64,000 nt of DNA from an uncultured Gemmatimonadales bacterium (lineage in GTDB: Bacteria > Gemmatimonadota > Gemmatimonadetes > Gemmatimonadales > Gemmatimonadaceae): the NCBI GenBank assembly GCA_963851265.1, contig CAWKNZ010000002.1, positions 128,001 to 192,000 of the forward strand, read 5' to 3'. The notes below the pieces were generated by a model. It made no database searches, had not been told where the DNA came from, and was given only the letters and a program-made list of their open reading frames with translations. This document shows positions 29,572 to 39,247 of this stretch, one piece after another. Position numbers and translations under genes: made by a program. How positions within the stretch are numbered: the stretch's first letter is position 1; each line of letters starts with the position of its first letter.

Positions 29572-29620
29572 GACGAGAGAGGGGGGCGGGGCCGCATCGG
29601 CCCCGCCCCCCTCTCTCGTC
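29572..29620 (+). terminator. 23-bp perfect hairpin after the csp gene
   Basis: GACGAGAGAGGGGGGCGGGGCCG-cat-CGGCCCCGCCCCCCTCTCTCGTC. Confidence 0.7.
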
Positions 29621-29672
29621 CGTGTACGTCGGCGCGCTCATGCAGGCCCGAACGGGGCGGTATATTCTCGCC

Positions 29673-30053
29673 ATGCCGTCCGGTTATGAGGGCTCGGAAT
29701 GGGGCGCGACGCGAGCCGGCGCGCACGGTGCGGTGACTCCCGACATGGCCCCCCGCGAACTCGCGGAGCGCCTGCGCGGACCGCGCCCGCCCACGGTGAT
29801 CGACGTGCGCGAACCGTGGGAGCACCGCGTCGCGCACATCCCGGGATCGCGACTCGTGCCACTCCGGTCGCTGCCGGCGGCGCTGTCGACGTTCGATCCG
29901 GGCGAAGAGTACGTGCTACTCTGCCACCACGGGGTGAGAAGTCTGGAAGGGGTACACCTGCTCCGGGGGCGAGGACTGACGAGAGTGGCGCACCTCGCGG
30001 GGGGGATCGACGCGTGGAGCCGGGAGGTGGACGGCGAAGTACCGAGGTACTAG
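29673..30053 (+). CDS. Rhodanese-domain protein
   Basis: IDVREPWE, CHHGVRS, LAGGIDAWS..VD..VPRY; start could be 29733 or 29745. Confidence 0.88.
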   Translation: MPSGYEGSEWGATRAGAHGAVTPDMAPRELAERLRGPRPPTVIDVREPWEHRVAHIPGSRLVPLRSLPAALSTFDPGEEYVLLCHHGVRSLEGVHLLRGRGLTRVAHLAGGIDAWSREVDGEVPRY

Positions 30054-30115
30054 CCGCGAGCTCCCAGCCCGGAGCGCGTGGTCCACTCGTTAGGCCTTAG
30101 AGGACTCGGACGCGG

Positions 30116-31039
30116 ATGACCACAGCATGGCGCTCCCGCCGAGCCGCCCGGCACGAGCAGGCCGTCTCGGCCCGCCTCACGACGGGGTCCGACGGCATCG
30201 TGATCGGCGCGCACCCGCTCGCGCTGGACGCCCCCGGCGACCGTGCCGCCCTCATCCTGCACGGATTCGGCGACACGCCCGAGAGCGTATCCACCGTCGC
30301 CCACCACTTGCACGCACGCGGGTGGACCGTGCGCGCGCCGTTGCTCGCCGGACACGGACGAAGCCTGCAGAGCTTCGCCCGGTCGCGGGCCGAGGACTGG
30401 ATCGGGAGCGCGCGCGAGGCACACACCGCACTCGCGGCGAGCGGGGCGAGGGTCGCGGTCGTCGGGCAGTCGCTCGGCGCGGCGCTCGCGGTCGTGCTCG
30501 CGGCCGACGCGCGTGCCACCGACGGGCCAGCGGCCGCGGGAGCCCTCGTCCTCCTCGCGCCGTACCTCGCGCTCCCCGCGAGTGTGCGCTGGGGGGCTCG
30601 GCTCGCGCCGCTCCTCGCGCTCGCCACGCCTTACCTCTCGAGCAACGGGGGGGAGCGCTCGCTCCACGATCCCGAAGCGCGGGCCGCCGCGCGCGGCCCG
30701 GGCGTGGTGACGCCGGGCCTCGTGCGCGAGCTCGCGCGCGCGGTCGGGTGGGCGCAGGCCGCGCTGCCGAGCGTCGCGGCGCCGACGCTCATCGTCGCGT
30801 CACGACAGGACAATCGCGTCGCACCGGCGACGCTCGCGAGGGTCGCCGCGCGGCTCGGCGGCGCGGCGGACGGCGCGCGGTCCCCCGAATTCATCTGGCT
30901 CGACCGCTGTGGTCACGTCATCGCCGCGGACTACGAGCGCGAGACGGTCGCCGAACACACCGCGGCGTGGCTCGACGCGCACGTTCTCTCGGCCACGCCC
31001 ACGGTCGGCGCGCCCTCCGCCCCGTCCGTCGATGTCTGA
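30116..31039 (+). CDS. Carboxylesterase (alpha/beta hydrolase)
   Basis: LHGFGD, GQSLG, D and GHVI catalytic residues. Confidence 0.87.
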   Translation: MTTAWRSRRAARHEQAVSARLTTGSDGIVIGAHPLALDAPGDRAALILHGFGDTPESVSTVAHHLHARGWTVRAPLLAGHGRSLQSFARSRAEDWIGSAREAHTALAASGARVAVVGQSLGAALAVVLAADARATDGPAAAGALVLLAPYLALPASVRWGARLAPLLALATPYLSSNGGERSLHDPEARAAARGPGVVTPGLVRELARAVGWAQAALPSVAAPTLIVASRQDNRVAPATLARVAARLGGAADGARSPEFIWLDRCGHVIAADYERETVAEHTAAWLDAHVLSATPTVGAPSAPSVDV

Positions 31040-31754
31040 GCTCGGCGCCCGATCGTTCTTCGTCGCGGGTGCGACGGGGTACGTGGGGCGAGCGACGGTC
31101 GGCGCGTCGGCCCGCGCGACCGGCGTGCGCGCCGTGGCGCACGTGCGACCGGACTCGCCCGCGCTCGCCACGTGGCGCACGCGGTTCGAGGCGCTCGGTG
31201 CCGCGGTGGACGCGACCCCCTGGGACGAGGACGCGCTCACGGCAACGCTCGCGCGAATCCGACCGGCCGTCGTGTTCGCCCTGCTCGGAACGACGCGCAA
31301 GCGCGGCGCGACGAGCGGGGACACCTACGAGAGCGTCGACTACGGCCTCACGGCGCGGCTCTTCCGCGCAACGGTCCGGGCGGCCGGCGCGAACTCGGCC
31401 GCTCCACGCTTCGTCTACCTCTCGGCGTTGGGCGCGGACGCCCGATCTCGGAACCCGTACCTCGCCGTGCGCGGACGGTTCGAGCGCGAGCTGCGCGAGG
31501 GACCGCTCCCATGGACGATCGTGCGACCGAGCTTCATCACCGGGCCGGACCGGGAAGAGTCACGCCCTGCGGAGCGCATCGGCGCGGCCGTGGTCGACGC
31601 GCTCGCGGCGCCCGTCGCGTTGTTCGGCGTGCGCCGTTTGGCCGACCGGTACCGCTCGATCTCGGGTACCGCGCTGGCCGCCGAGTTGGTGCGACTCGCC
31701 GACGATCCGCGAGCCGCCGGGGCGGTGCGGGAGGCCGACGCGCTGCGCCCGTAG
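31032..31754 (+). CDS. NAD(P)-binding atypical SDR (TIP30/YraR-like)
   Basis: AGATGYVG, LGTT, VDY, RPSFITG. Confidence 0.83.
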   Translation: MSELGARSFFVAGATGYVGRATVGASARATGVRAVAHVRPDSPALATWRTRFEALGAAVDATPWDEDALTATLARIRPAVVFALLGTTRKRGATSGDTYESVDYGLTARLFRATVRAAGANSAAPRFVYLSALGADARSRNPYLAVRGRFERELREGPLPWTIVRPSFITGPDREESRPAERIGAAVVDALAAPVALFGVRRLADRYRSISGTALAAELVRLADDPRAAGAVREADALRP

Positions 31755-31874
31755 GCGCTGCACCATGGGCGACCCCCACCGTCGTCTCCAGGAGGTGGCT
31801 GGTTGCTCCGCCGATGCCAGGGCGATAACGTCGCCCGCTCTCGTGCAGCCCGCTCCCCTCCCCGCCGCTCCCCG

Positions 31875-32360
31875 ATGCGCTTCGTCGTCCGCCGTGCTCT
31901 GCTCGCGGCCACCATCCTCGTCGCCGCGTGCGGGCCCGGGCGCGAGGTGTCTCGCGCGCCGCTGAACCCCGACCCCGCCACCAACACCTACGCGCCAGCA
32001 CTCGGCGTCACCCTCTCGCAGTTCACGAAGCTGCCGAGTGGCGTCTACACGCGCGACGACACCGCCGGAACCGGGGCCGTGGCAGCCGTGGGAAAGGGTG
32101 TGCAGGTGCAGTACACCGGCTGGCTCACGAACGGGAACAAGTTCGATTCGAGCCTCGACCGGAACGAGCCGTTCGCGTTCACGCTCGGTCAGGGCGAAGT
32201 CATCCGGGGGTGGGATGAGGGGGTTGCCGGCATGAAGGTCGGGGGGACCCGTACGCTCGTCATCCCGCCAGGAATGGGATACGGCGGGACGGGGTCGCCG
32301 CCCGACATCCCGCCCGACGCCGTGCTGGTGTTCCGGGTGAAGCTGCTCGGCGTACGGTAG
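31875..32360 (+). CDS. FKBP-type peptidyl-prolyl isomerase, lipoprotein
   Basis: [27 protein letters not shown]; lipobox LVAAC. Confidence 0.95.
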   Translation: MRFVVRRALLAATILVAACGPGREVSRAPLNPDPATNTYAPALGVTLSQFTKLPSGVYTRDDTAGTGAVAAVGKGVQVQYTGWLTNGNKFDSSLDRNEPFAFTLGQGEVIRGWDEGVAGMKVGGTRTLVIPPGMGYGGTGSPPDIPPDAVLVFRVKLLGVR

Positions 32361-32520
32361 GACGCGCGAAGACGCGCGGCGTACCACCGACGTCTGGGTG
32401 CACGAAGCGGATGTGCCAAACTGGATTCTGAGGCGCGATCGGTCGATACATCCGAGGACTCGCCACGCATCGCAACCGCTGGGTGCGTCCCTTCGCCAGT
32501 CTCAGTTCGCATCCGTCCGT

Positions 32521-34398
32521 ATGGCTCCGCCGTCCCGCCCCGACCACGTCCCGGCCGCTTCCGCGCCACTCACCATCCTCGCGGAGAGTCGCCGGCGCGC
32601 CGACCACGGCTTCACGTGGGCTTTTGCCGGGCTGTTCGCGGTGCTGTGTGGGGTGGCGATGCTGTTCGGGAACTGGCCGCTCGTCCTGCTCGGTGGTGGG
32701 GCGGTCTGCGGACTCGGCGCCGCAGTCACGCACTTCGCGGCCGGCGCCGGGGCCACGCGCCTGACGGTCGGTGTGCTGCTCATGGCCTGGTGCGCGCTGC
32801 TCATCCAGGCAACGCACGGCGCCGTCGAGAGCCACTTCGCCATTTTCGTCCTGCTCGCCGTGCTCGTCGCGTACGATGACTGGTGCGTGCCGGTGGTCGC
32901 GGCGGCAGCCATCGCCGTGCATCACGTGGTCGCCCACGCGCTCCAGCACGCCGGCATGTGGGGCGTTCAGGTCATGCAACACGGTGCGCCCTTCGCCGTC
33001 GTGGTCGTACACGCGGTATTCGTGGTCGTCGAAACCGGGGCCCTCGTCGTGTTGGCGCGGCGGATGGCGGCGCGCGCCACCGAGGCGCAACGGTTGTTCG
33101 ACGCCGCCGGTGCGGTCGCCGAAGGGAATCTCTCGGTCGAAATTGCGGGTAGCGGCGTTGCCGAGCGTTTTCGCGCCATGGTGGCCGGTCTCCGGGCGGT
33201 TCTGGCCGAGACGCGGGCCGTCGCCGGCGCCGCGCGAGGGGACAGCGCCGTGGGTGGTGACCACACGGACAACCCGCTGCCCGGCGACTTCGGCGTGATG
33301 GTGGCGGAATTGCGGGCGGCGATGGGCAGCCTCGCGCGGACGCAGCAGGCCGCGCGGGACGAGTCGGCGGCCAGCACGACGTTCATCTCCGACGTGGAGC
33401 GCGTCGTCGCGGGCCTCGCCGCCAAGGATCTCGGTGCCCGCGTGGCCGCCGGACACGCGCCGCGCTACGCCGCCCTCGGCGGGCGGCTGAACGACGCGCT
33501 CGGTGTGCTCGGCGCCGCGCTCGCCGACGTCCGTGCCGCCGCCGAGCAGATCGGCGACGCGGCGGCCCAGGTGGCGACGGGCAGCGACGATCTGGCGGCC
33601 GGCAACTCCGATCAGGCGAGCCGGATCGAGGCGGTGTCCGGACACGTGCAGCGGTTGGACGAAACGAGCCAGTCGTGCGCCACGATGGCCCGCACGTCGG
33701 CGGCTGCGGCCGGCTCGGCGCGCGAGAGCGCGGAAGCCGGCGTGGAGCGGATGCGCCGCCTCGAGGCTGCTGTGGACGAGATGGGAGCGGAGATGGACCG
33801 GACCGCCAAGATCATCCGCACCATCGACGAGATCGCGTTCCAGACGAACCTGCTCGCGCTCAACGCCGCCGTCGAGGCCGCGCGCGCGGGCGACGCCGGC
33901 CGCGGGTTCGCCGTCGTGGCCGAGGAGGTGCGTGCCCTCGCGCAGCGGAGCGCCGAGGCGGCACGGTCGACGTCCACGCTGTTGGAGGCGGCCGTCGCGC
34001 GCGCCAAGGGGTCGGCCGAGATGACTCGTGAGGCCGCGCAGCAGCTCGGCGACATGCGCCGACACGTCGACGCGGTCGCGGCGGACATGGACCACCTCGT
34101 CGAGCGCAGCGTCGCTCAGGAACGCGGCGTCGCGGAGGCGCGACGTGCCATCGAGCAGATGACCCAGCTTGTCCAGCGTTCGGCCGCCAACGCCGAAGAG
34201 TCGGCGAGCGCCGCGCAGGAGCTCGCGGCGCAGGCGAAAACACAGCTCGACGTCGTCGGAGCGTTCACGGTCGGTGCGACGGGCGCGTCGGTTGGGGGTC
34301 GTGCGGCGGGTGTGGCCGAAGCGCCGGTCGCCGTCGCCGGCCACGGGGCGATCGTCTTCCGCCCCGAACGTCGTCGGGGCACGTACGCGCCCAACTGA
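32521..34398 (+). CDS. Methyl-accepting chemotaxis protein with a multi-TM input domain
   Basis: [34 protein letters not shown]. Confidence 0.93.
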   Translation: MAPPSRPDHVPAASAPLTILAESRRRADHGFTWAFAGLFAVLCGVAMLFGNWPLVLLGGGAVCGLGAAVTHFAAGAGATRLTVGVLLMAWCALLIQATHGAVESHFAIFVLLAVLVAYDDWCVPVVAAAAIAVHHVVAHALQHAGMWGVQVMQHGAPFAVVVVHAVFVVVETGALVVLARRMAARATEAQRLFDAAGAVAEGNLSVEIAGSGVAERFRAMVAGLRAVLAETRAVAGAARGDSAVGGDHTDNPLPGDFGVMVAELRAAMGSLARTQQAARDESAASTTFISDVERVVAGLAAKDLGARVAAGHAPRYAALGGRLNDALGVLGAALADVRAAAEQIGDAAAQVATGSDDLAAGNSDQASRIEAVSGHVQRLDETSQSCATMARTSAAAAGSARESAEAGVERMRRLEAAVDEMGAEMDRTAKIIRTIDEIAFQTNLLALNAAVEAARAGDAGRGFAVVAEEVRALAQRSAEAARSTSTLLEAAVARAKGSAEMTREAAQQLGDMRRHVDAVAADMDHLVERSVAQERGVAEARRAIEQMTQLVQRSAANAEESASAAQELAAQAKTQLDVVGAFTVGATGASVGGRAAGVAEAPVAVAGHGAIVFRPERRRGTYAPN

Positions 34399-34450
34399 CG
34401 AGGTCGCGGCCGCGCGGCGCGCCGGCTCGTCGCGGGCATAGATTTTCACG

Positions 34451-35071
34451 ATGCCTGCGTCCCCCGCTCCGCGCCCGCGCGTCCGGACCGTCGCGCCCGC
34501 CGCCGGCGCGCCGGCGGCGGGCGCGCCGCAACGCATTCTCGCGGCGGCGGCGGCGTGTGCCGGGCAGCAGGGAGTCGCCCAGGTCTCGCTGCAGACCGTG
34601 GCCGGCGTGGCGGGGGTGAGCAAGGCGCTCATTCACTACCACTTTCGCGACCGCGACGCGTTGCTCGCGCGGCTTGCCGACTGGCTGAGCGACGCCGTGG
34701 TCGCCGGCGAAGCCGCCGCGCTCGCCCACGCACCGCCCACGGGCGGGCTCGACGCGCTCTGGGAGTGGCTCGGCGGCGAACTCGCGAGCGGACACATTCG
34801 CGCGCTCGTCGACCTCGGACAGGAGCAGGGCGCCGCCGTCCGCGCGGCGGTGCGCCGCTCGCGCGAGGCGCGGCGCGCGCAAGCCACGCGGACGATCGAG
34901 TGGCTGTTTCAGGCCCTCTCGCTCACGCCGCGCCTGCCCGCGCCGCTCGTCGCCGACGTGACGGTGGCCTTCCTCGACGGGCTCGCGGGTGAAGCCACCA
35001 TCGAGCCCGAAGCGAACCACCGACTGCGCTTCGACGTGTTCTGGCTGTCCGTCCTCAACCTCGCGGAATGA
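34451..35071 (+). CDS. TetR/AcrR family regulator
   Basis: AGVSKALIHYHFRDRDALL. Confidence 0.88.
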   Translation: MPASPAPRPRVRTVAPAAGAPAAGAPQRILAAAAACAGQQGVAQVSLQTVAGVAGVSKALIHYHFRDRDALLARLADWLSDAVVAGEAAALAHAPPTGGLDALWEWLGGELASGHIRALVDLGQEQGAAVRAAVRRSREARRAQATRTIEWLFQALSLTPRLPAPLVADVTVAFLDGLAGEATIEPEANHRLRFDVFWLSVLNLAE

Positions 35072-35802
35072 GCGGCCCGCGGCAGCGCGAAGCGCACGCG
35101 ACCGCGCCGCGGACCGTTGGGCGGTGGGCGCGTCGGGGTGCGGTCAGGGTGGGCGGGCTCGCGGCGGTGGCGTGGGCGGGATCGCTCGCGGCCGTGTGGC
35201 TCGCGGCGCGGCAGGACGGCGCCGCGTCGATGCCGGGACCCGCGGCGGCGATCATCGTGCTCGGCGCGGCCCAGTACGACGGTCGCCCGTCCCCGGTGCT
35301 CCGCGCGCGGCTCGACCACGCGGTCGCGCTCTGGCGCGCGGGCGTCGCGCCACGCGTGATCGTGACCGGCGGACGGCGGGCGGGCGACCGCACCACCGAA
35401 GCCGCCGCGAGCCGCCGCTATGTGGTCGACCGCGGCGTCCCCGACTCGGCGGTGCTGCTGGAGAGCGAGGGGCAGACCACCGAGCAGTCGCTACGCGCGG
35501 CCGCCGTGCTGCTGCGCCAGCTGCAACGCACCGATCCGACGCGGACCGCGCCCGGCGGTGGCGGGGTACCGCGAGACACGTCGCCGGCGTACATGCCGGC
35601 GGTGCTCGTCAGCGACCCGTTCCACATGCTCCGTCTGCAGGTGCTCGCACGCCGCTACGGCATCACGGCCTACAGCTCGCCGACGCCCACCAGCCCGATC
35701 TCGGCCCGCCCTCGTCTCGCGTGGGCCTATCTGGTACGCGAGTCCGTCAAGGTGCCGTTCACCGTCCTGCTGCCTCCGTCCGTCCATGACCGCACGAATT
35801 AG
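35068..35802 (+). CDS. YdcF/DUF218 family protein
   Basis: IIVLGAAQYDGRPSPVLRARLDHA, VSDPFHMLR. Confidence 0.9.
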   Translation: MSGPRQREAHATAPRTVGRWARRGAVRVGGLAAVAWAGSLAAVWLAARQDGAASMPGPAAAIIVLGAAQYDGRPSPVLRARLDHAVALWRAGVAPRVIVTGGRRAGDRTTEAAASRRYVVDRGVPDSAVLLESEGQTTEQSLRAAAVLLRQLQRTDPTRTAPGGGGVPRDTSPAYMPAVLVSDPFHMLRLQVLARRYGITAYSSPTPTSPISARPRLAWAYLVRESVKVPFTVLLPPSVHDRTN

Positions 35803-37225
35803 AAAGGGAGTGGTCCGAAAGGCGCTCGCGCTCGCCGCGCTGCTCGCGGCGGCGCCGGCCGCGCGCGCGCAGTCCGTGCCCGCGCTGCGCTTCGAGAAGT
35901 ACTCGCTGCCCAACGGGCTCGAGGTGATCCTGAGTGAGGACCACTCGGTGCCGCTCGTCGCGGTCGACACCTGGTACCACGTGGGCTCGGGAGACGAGAA
36001 GCCCGGGCGTACCGGCTTCGCGCACCTGTTCGAGCACATCATGTTCATGGGCTCGCAGCACGTGCCCGTGGGCTCGTTCGACCAGTGGCTCGAGGCGGCG
36101 GGGGGCAACAACAACGGCTCGACGACCGAGGACCGGACCAACTACTTCGAGTACATGCCGAGCAACGCGCTGCCCCTCGCGCTGTGGCTCGACGCCGACC
36201 GGATGGGGCACCTGCTGCCGACGATGGACCAGGCGAAGGTCGACCTGCAGCGCGACGTCGTGAAGAACGAGCGGCGGCAGCGCGTCGACAACGTGCCGTA
36301 CGGCCGCGCCGACGAGACGATCCGCGGCGCCCTCTACCCCGCCGGTCACCCGTACTCGTGGCCGGTGATCGGGTCGATGGCCGACCTGTCGGCCGCGACG
36401 CTGGACGACGTGCGGAATTTCTTCCGCACCTACTACGCGCCCAACAACGCCACGCTCGTGATCGCGGGGGACTTCGCGCCGGACTCGGCGAAGGCGTGGG
36501 TGCGGCAGTACTTCGGCGGCATCCCGCGCGGCCCGGCCCTCCCCGCGCGCCCCAACCCCGCGCGCGTGTCGCTCGCCCGCGACACGATGCTCGTGCTGGA
36601 GGACAAGGTGCAGCTGCCGCGCTTCTACTACACGTGGCCGACGGTGCGCCTGTTCACGGCCGACGACGCGCCGCTCGAGATCCTCGCCGACGTGCTCGCC
36701 GGCGACAAGAACTCGCGGCTGTACAAGCGGCTGGTGTACGAGCAGCAGACGGCGCAGGCGGTGGCGGCCTACCAGGACGGCAACCGCCTCGCGGGGGCGT
36801 TCACCCTGTCGGTGACGCCCAAGCCGGGGCAGGCGCCGGCGGCGCTGGCCGCCGCGGCGGACGAGGAGGTCGCGCGCCTGGCGCGCGAGGGCCCGACCGC
36901 GCGCGAACTCGAACGCGCCAAGAACTCCGTCCGTGTCACCTTCCTCGACCGACTCGCGAGCGTCAACAGCAAGGCCGACGTGCTCAACACCTACAACTAC
37001 CTCGCCGGCACGCCGGACTACGCGCGGCAGGACGCGGCCCGCTACGACGCGGTGACCGCGGCGGACGTGCAGCGCGTGGCGCGGCAGTACCTCGCGGCGC
37101 ACAAGGTGGTGCTCACCATCGTGCCCGTCGGGCGGCGATCGCTTGCGTTAGGCGGCGCGGCGGCGACGCTGGTGCCGGGCGCCGCGCCCGGGTCGGGCGC
37201 CGCGGCGAGCGGGGGGGCGCGCTGA
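35786..37225 (+). CDS. M16 zinc peptidase, catalytic subunit, exported
   Basis: HLFEHIMF inverted zinc motif; signal peptide ARA-Q. Confidence 0.93.
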   Translation: MTARIRKGVVRKALALAALLAAAPAARAQSVPALRFEKYSLPNGLEVILSEDHSVPLVAVDTWYHVGSGDEKPGRTGFAHLFEHIMFMGSQHVPVGSFDQWLEAAGGNNNGSTTEDRTNYFEYMPSNALPLALWLDADRMGHLLPTMDQAKVDLQRDVVKNERRQRVDNVPYGRADETIRGALYPAGHPYSWPVIGSMADLSAATLDDVRNFFRTYYAPNNATLVIAGDFAPDSAKAWVRQYFGGIPRGPALPARPNPARVSLARDTMLVLEDKVQLPRFYYTWPTVRLFTADDAPLEILADVLAGDKNSRLYKRLVYEQQTAQAVAAYQDGNRLAGAFTLSVTPKPGQAPAALAAAADEEVARLAREGPTARELERAKNSVRVTFLDRLASVNSKADVLNTYNYLAGTPDYARQDAARYDAVTAADVQRVARQYLAAHKVVLTIVPVGRRSLALGGAAATLVPGAAPGSGAAASGGAR

Positions 37226-38754
37226 TGCGCCGGCCCGCGCTCGCCTGCGCACCGCTCGCGGCCTTCGGGCTCGCGCTCGCCGCGGGGGCCGCGTCGGCCC
37301 CGGCGTTCGCGCAGGCGCCCGCCGCCGACGGCTTTCCGCCCACGCGTCCGACGCTCGGGGCGCCGAAGGCGCTCCACCTGCCGCCCGCGGCCGAGCGGCG
37401 GCTGCCTAACGGTCTGCGGGTCGTCGTCGTCGAGAAGCACGAGCTGCCGCTCGCGGACTTCGCGCTCGTCGTCGGCACGGGGACCGAGGCAGACCCGGCG
37501 GGGCGTGAAGGGCTCGCGACGATGACGGCCGCGCTGCTCGACGAGGGCACCGCGACGCGTTCGTCGCTCCAGATCGCCGACCAGGCCGCGTACCTGGGCG
37601 TGACGCTCCACACGCGCGCGGGGTGGGACGCGTCCGAGGTACTGCTGCACACGCCGACGGCGCAGACGGACAGCGCGCTCGCGCTGATGGCGGACGTGAC
37701 GACGCACCCGACCTTCCCCGTCGCGGAGCTCGACCGGCTGCGGAACGACCGGCTCACGGGGCTGTTGCAGCTGCGCGACCGCGCGCCGGCGATCGCGAGT
37801 CGCGCGTTCGCGCAGGCGGTGTTCGGCGCCGGGCACCCGTACGCGCGCCCCGCCGACGGCACCGAGGCGAGCACGCGCGCGCTCACGCGCGACGACGTGC
37901 AGCGCTTCTACGCCGGCGCGTGGCGCCCCGACAACGCGACGCTCGTCGTGGTGGGCGACGTCACGCCGGACGACGTCGCGCGGCGCGCGGAACGTGCGTT
38001 CGGCGCGTGGCGGGCGCCGGCCGGGGTGGCGCTCGCCGCGCCCGTCGTGCCGGCGGCGCCGAGCGCGGGCGTCGCGCGCGTGGTGCTGGTCGACAAGCCC
38101 GGCGCGCCGCAGTCGAGCGTGCGCATCGGGATGCCGGCCGCGGCGCGCGCGACGCCCGACTACTTCCCGCTCGTCGTGCTCAACACGGTGTTGGGCGGCA
38201 GCTTCGCGAGCCGCCTCAACCAGAACCTGCGCGAGACGCACGGCTACACGTACGGCGCGGAGTCGGCGTTCGACCTGCGCCGCGCGGCGGGGCCGTTCGT
38301 CTCGGGCGCCGAGGTGACGGCGACGAAGACGGATAGCGCGCTCGTCGAGTTCATGAAGGAGCTGCGCGCGGTGGGCGACACGGTGCCCGCGGCGGAGCTG
38401 GACAAGGCGAAGCGGTACCTCGTGTTGCAGATGCCCGGCGAGTTCGAGACGACCGGCGGGATCGCGGGGGGGCTGATTCCGGTGGTCACGTACGGGCTGC
38501 CGCTGGACTACTACAACGGCTACGCGGCGCGGGTGCAGGCGGTGACGCAGGCCGACGTGCAGCGGGTCGCGCGGCGGTACGTGGATCCGGCCCACCTGAC
38601 CATCGTGGTCGTCGGCGACCGGGCGTCGGTCGAGCCGCGGCTGCGCGCGCTGAATTTGGGGCCGGTCGAGATCCGGTCGGCGGCGGACGTGTTGGGGGCG
38701 AGCGCGGCGGTGCCGGCCGGCGCCGCGGGCGCGGGCGGGCCGTCGGCGCGGTAA
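37225..38754 (+). CDS. M16 peptidase, non-catalytic subunit, exported
   Basis: No HxxEH; LRETHGYTYG R/Y motif; signal peptide AFA-Q; TGATG coupling. Confidence 0.92.
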   Translation: MRRPALACAPLAAFGLALAAGAASAPAFAQAPAADGFPPTRPTLGAPKALHLPPAAERRLPNGLRVVVVEKHELPLADFALVVGTGTEADPAGREGLATMTAALLDEGTATRSSLQIADQAAYLGVTLHTRAGWDASEVLLHTPTAQTDSALALMADVTTHPTFPVAELDRLRNDRLTGLLQLRDRAPAIASRAFAQAVFGAGHPYARPADGTEASTRALTRDDVQRFYAGAWRPDNATLVVVGDVTPDDVARRAERAFGAWRAPAGVALAAPVVPAAPSAGVARVVLVDKPGAPQSSVRIGMPAAARATPDYFPLVVLNTVLGGSFASRLNQNLRETHGYTYGAESAFDLRRAAGPFVSGAEVTATKTDSALVEFMKELRAVGDTVPAAELDKAKRYLVLQMPGEFETTGGIAGGLIPVVTYGLPLDYYNGYAARVQAVTQADVQRVARRYVDPAHLTIVVVGDRASVEPRLRALNLGPVEIRSAADVLGASAAVPAGAAGAGGPSAR

Positions 38755-38793
38755 CCGGGGCGCCCAACCGGGGCGCCCGCCCCGCGGATCGTC

Positions 38794-39159
38794 TCAGACC
38801 GAACCCCGTGCCCCCTGGGCCGCCCCGTCCAGCTCCCGCTCGAGTTCATCGGCCTTGATGTCGAAGTGCGAGGCCTCGTAGAGCACCCGGCCGTTCGCGA
38901 GCAGGATCGCCTGCGGCGACTCGTGCGTGACGCCGGCGCGCTCGGCGATGTCGCGCGAGAGGGTGCGTTGGGCGTTGACGTCGACGATCCAGACCGGCGC
39001 GTCGGGGCGGTCCTGGAGGAGCCGGCGGACTTCGACGACGGCGGCGGCCGCGATGGGGCAGCGGGTGCTGTGTTTGTAGACGAGCGCGAGCGGCGCGCCG
39101 AAGACGTCGTCCAACTGATTGGGCGCGGTGAGCGGGCGCGGAGCGGGGGAGTCGGCCAT
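38794..39159 (-). CDS. ytxJ: YtxJ/BrxC monothiol bacilliredoxin-like protein
   Basis: YKHSTRCPI, GVTHESPQAIL, ASH. Confidence 0.88.
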   Translation of the reverse strand: MADSPAPRPLTAPNQLDDVFGAPLALVYKHSTRCPIAAAAVVEVRRLLQDRPDAPVWIVDVNAQRTLSRDIAERAGVTHESPQAILLANGRVLYEASHFDIKADELERELDGAAQGARGSV

Positions 39160-39247
39160 CGCAGTACTCGGGGCTGAAGGGGAACCGTGTGTCTGGGTGG
39201 CACAACCCGTTCCCGCGACTCATCCGTTGCGTCATCTTTTCCGCATC

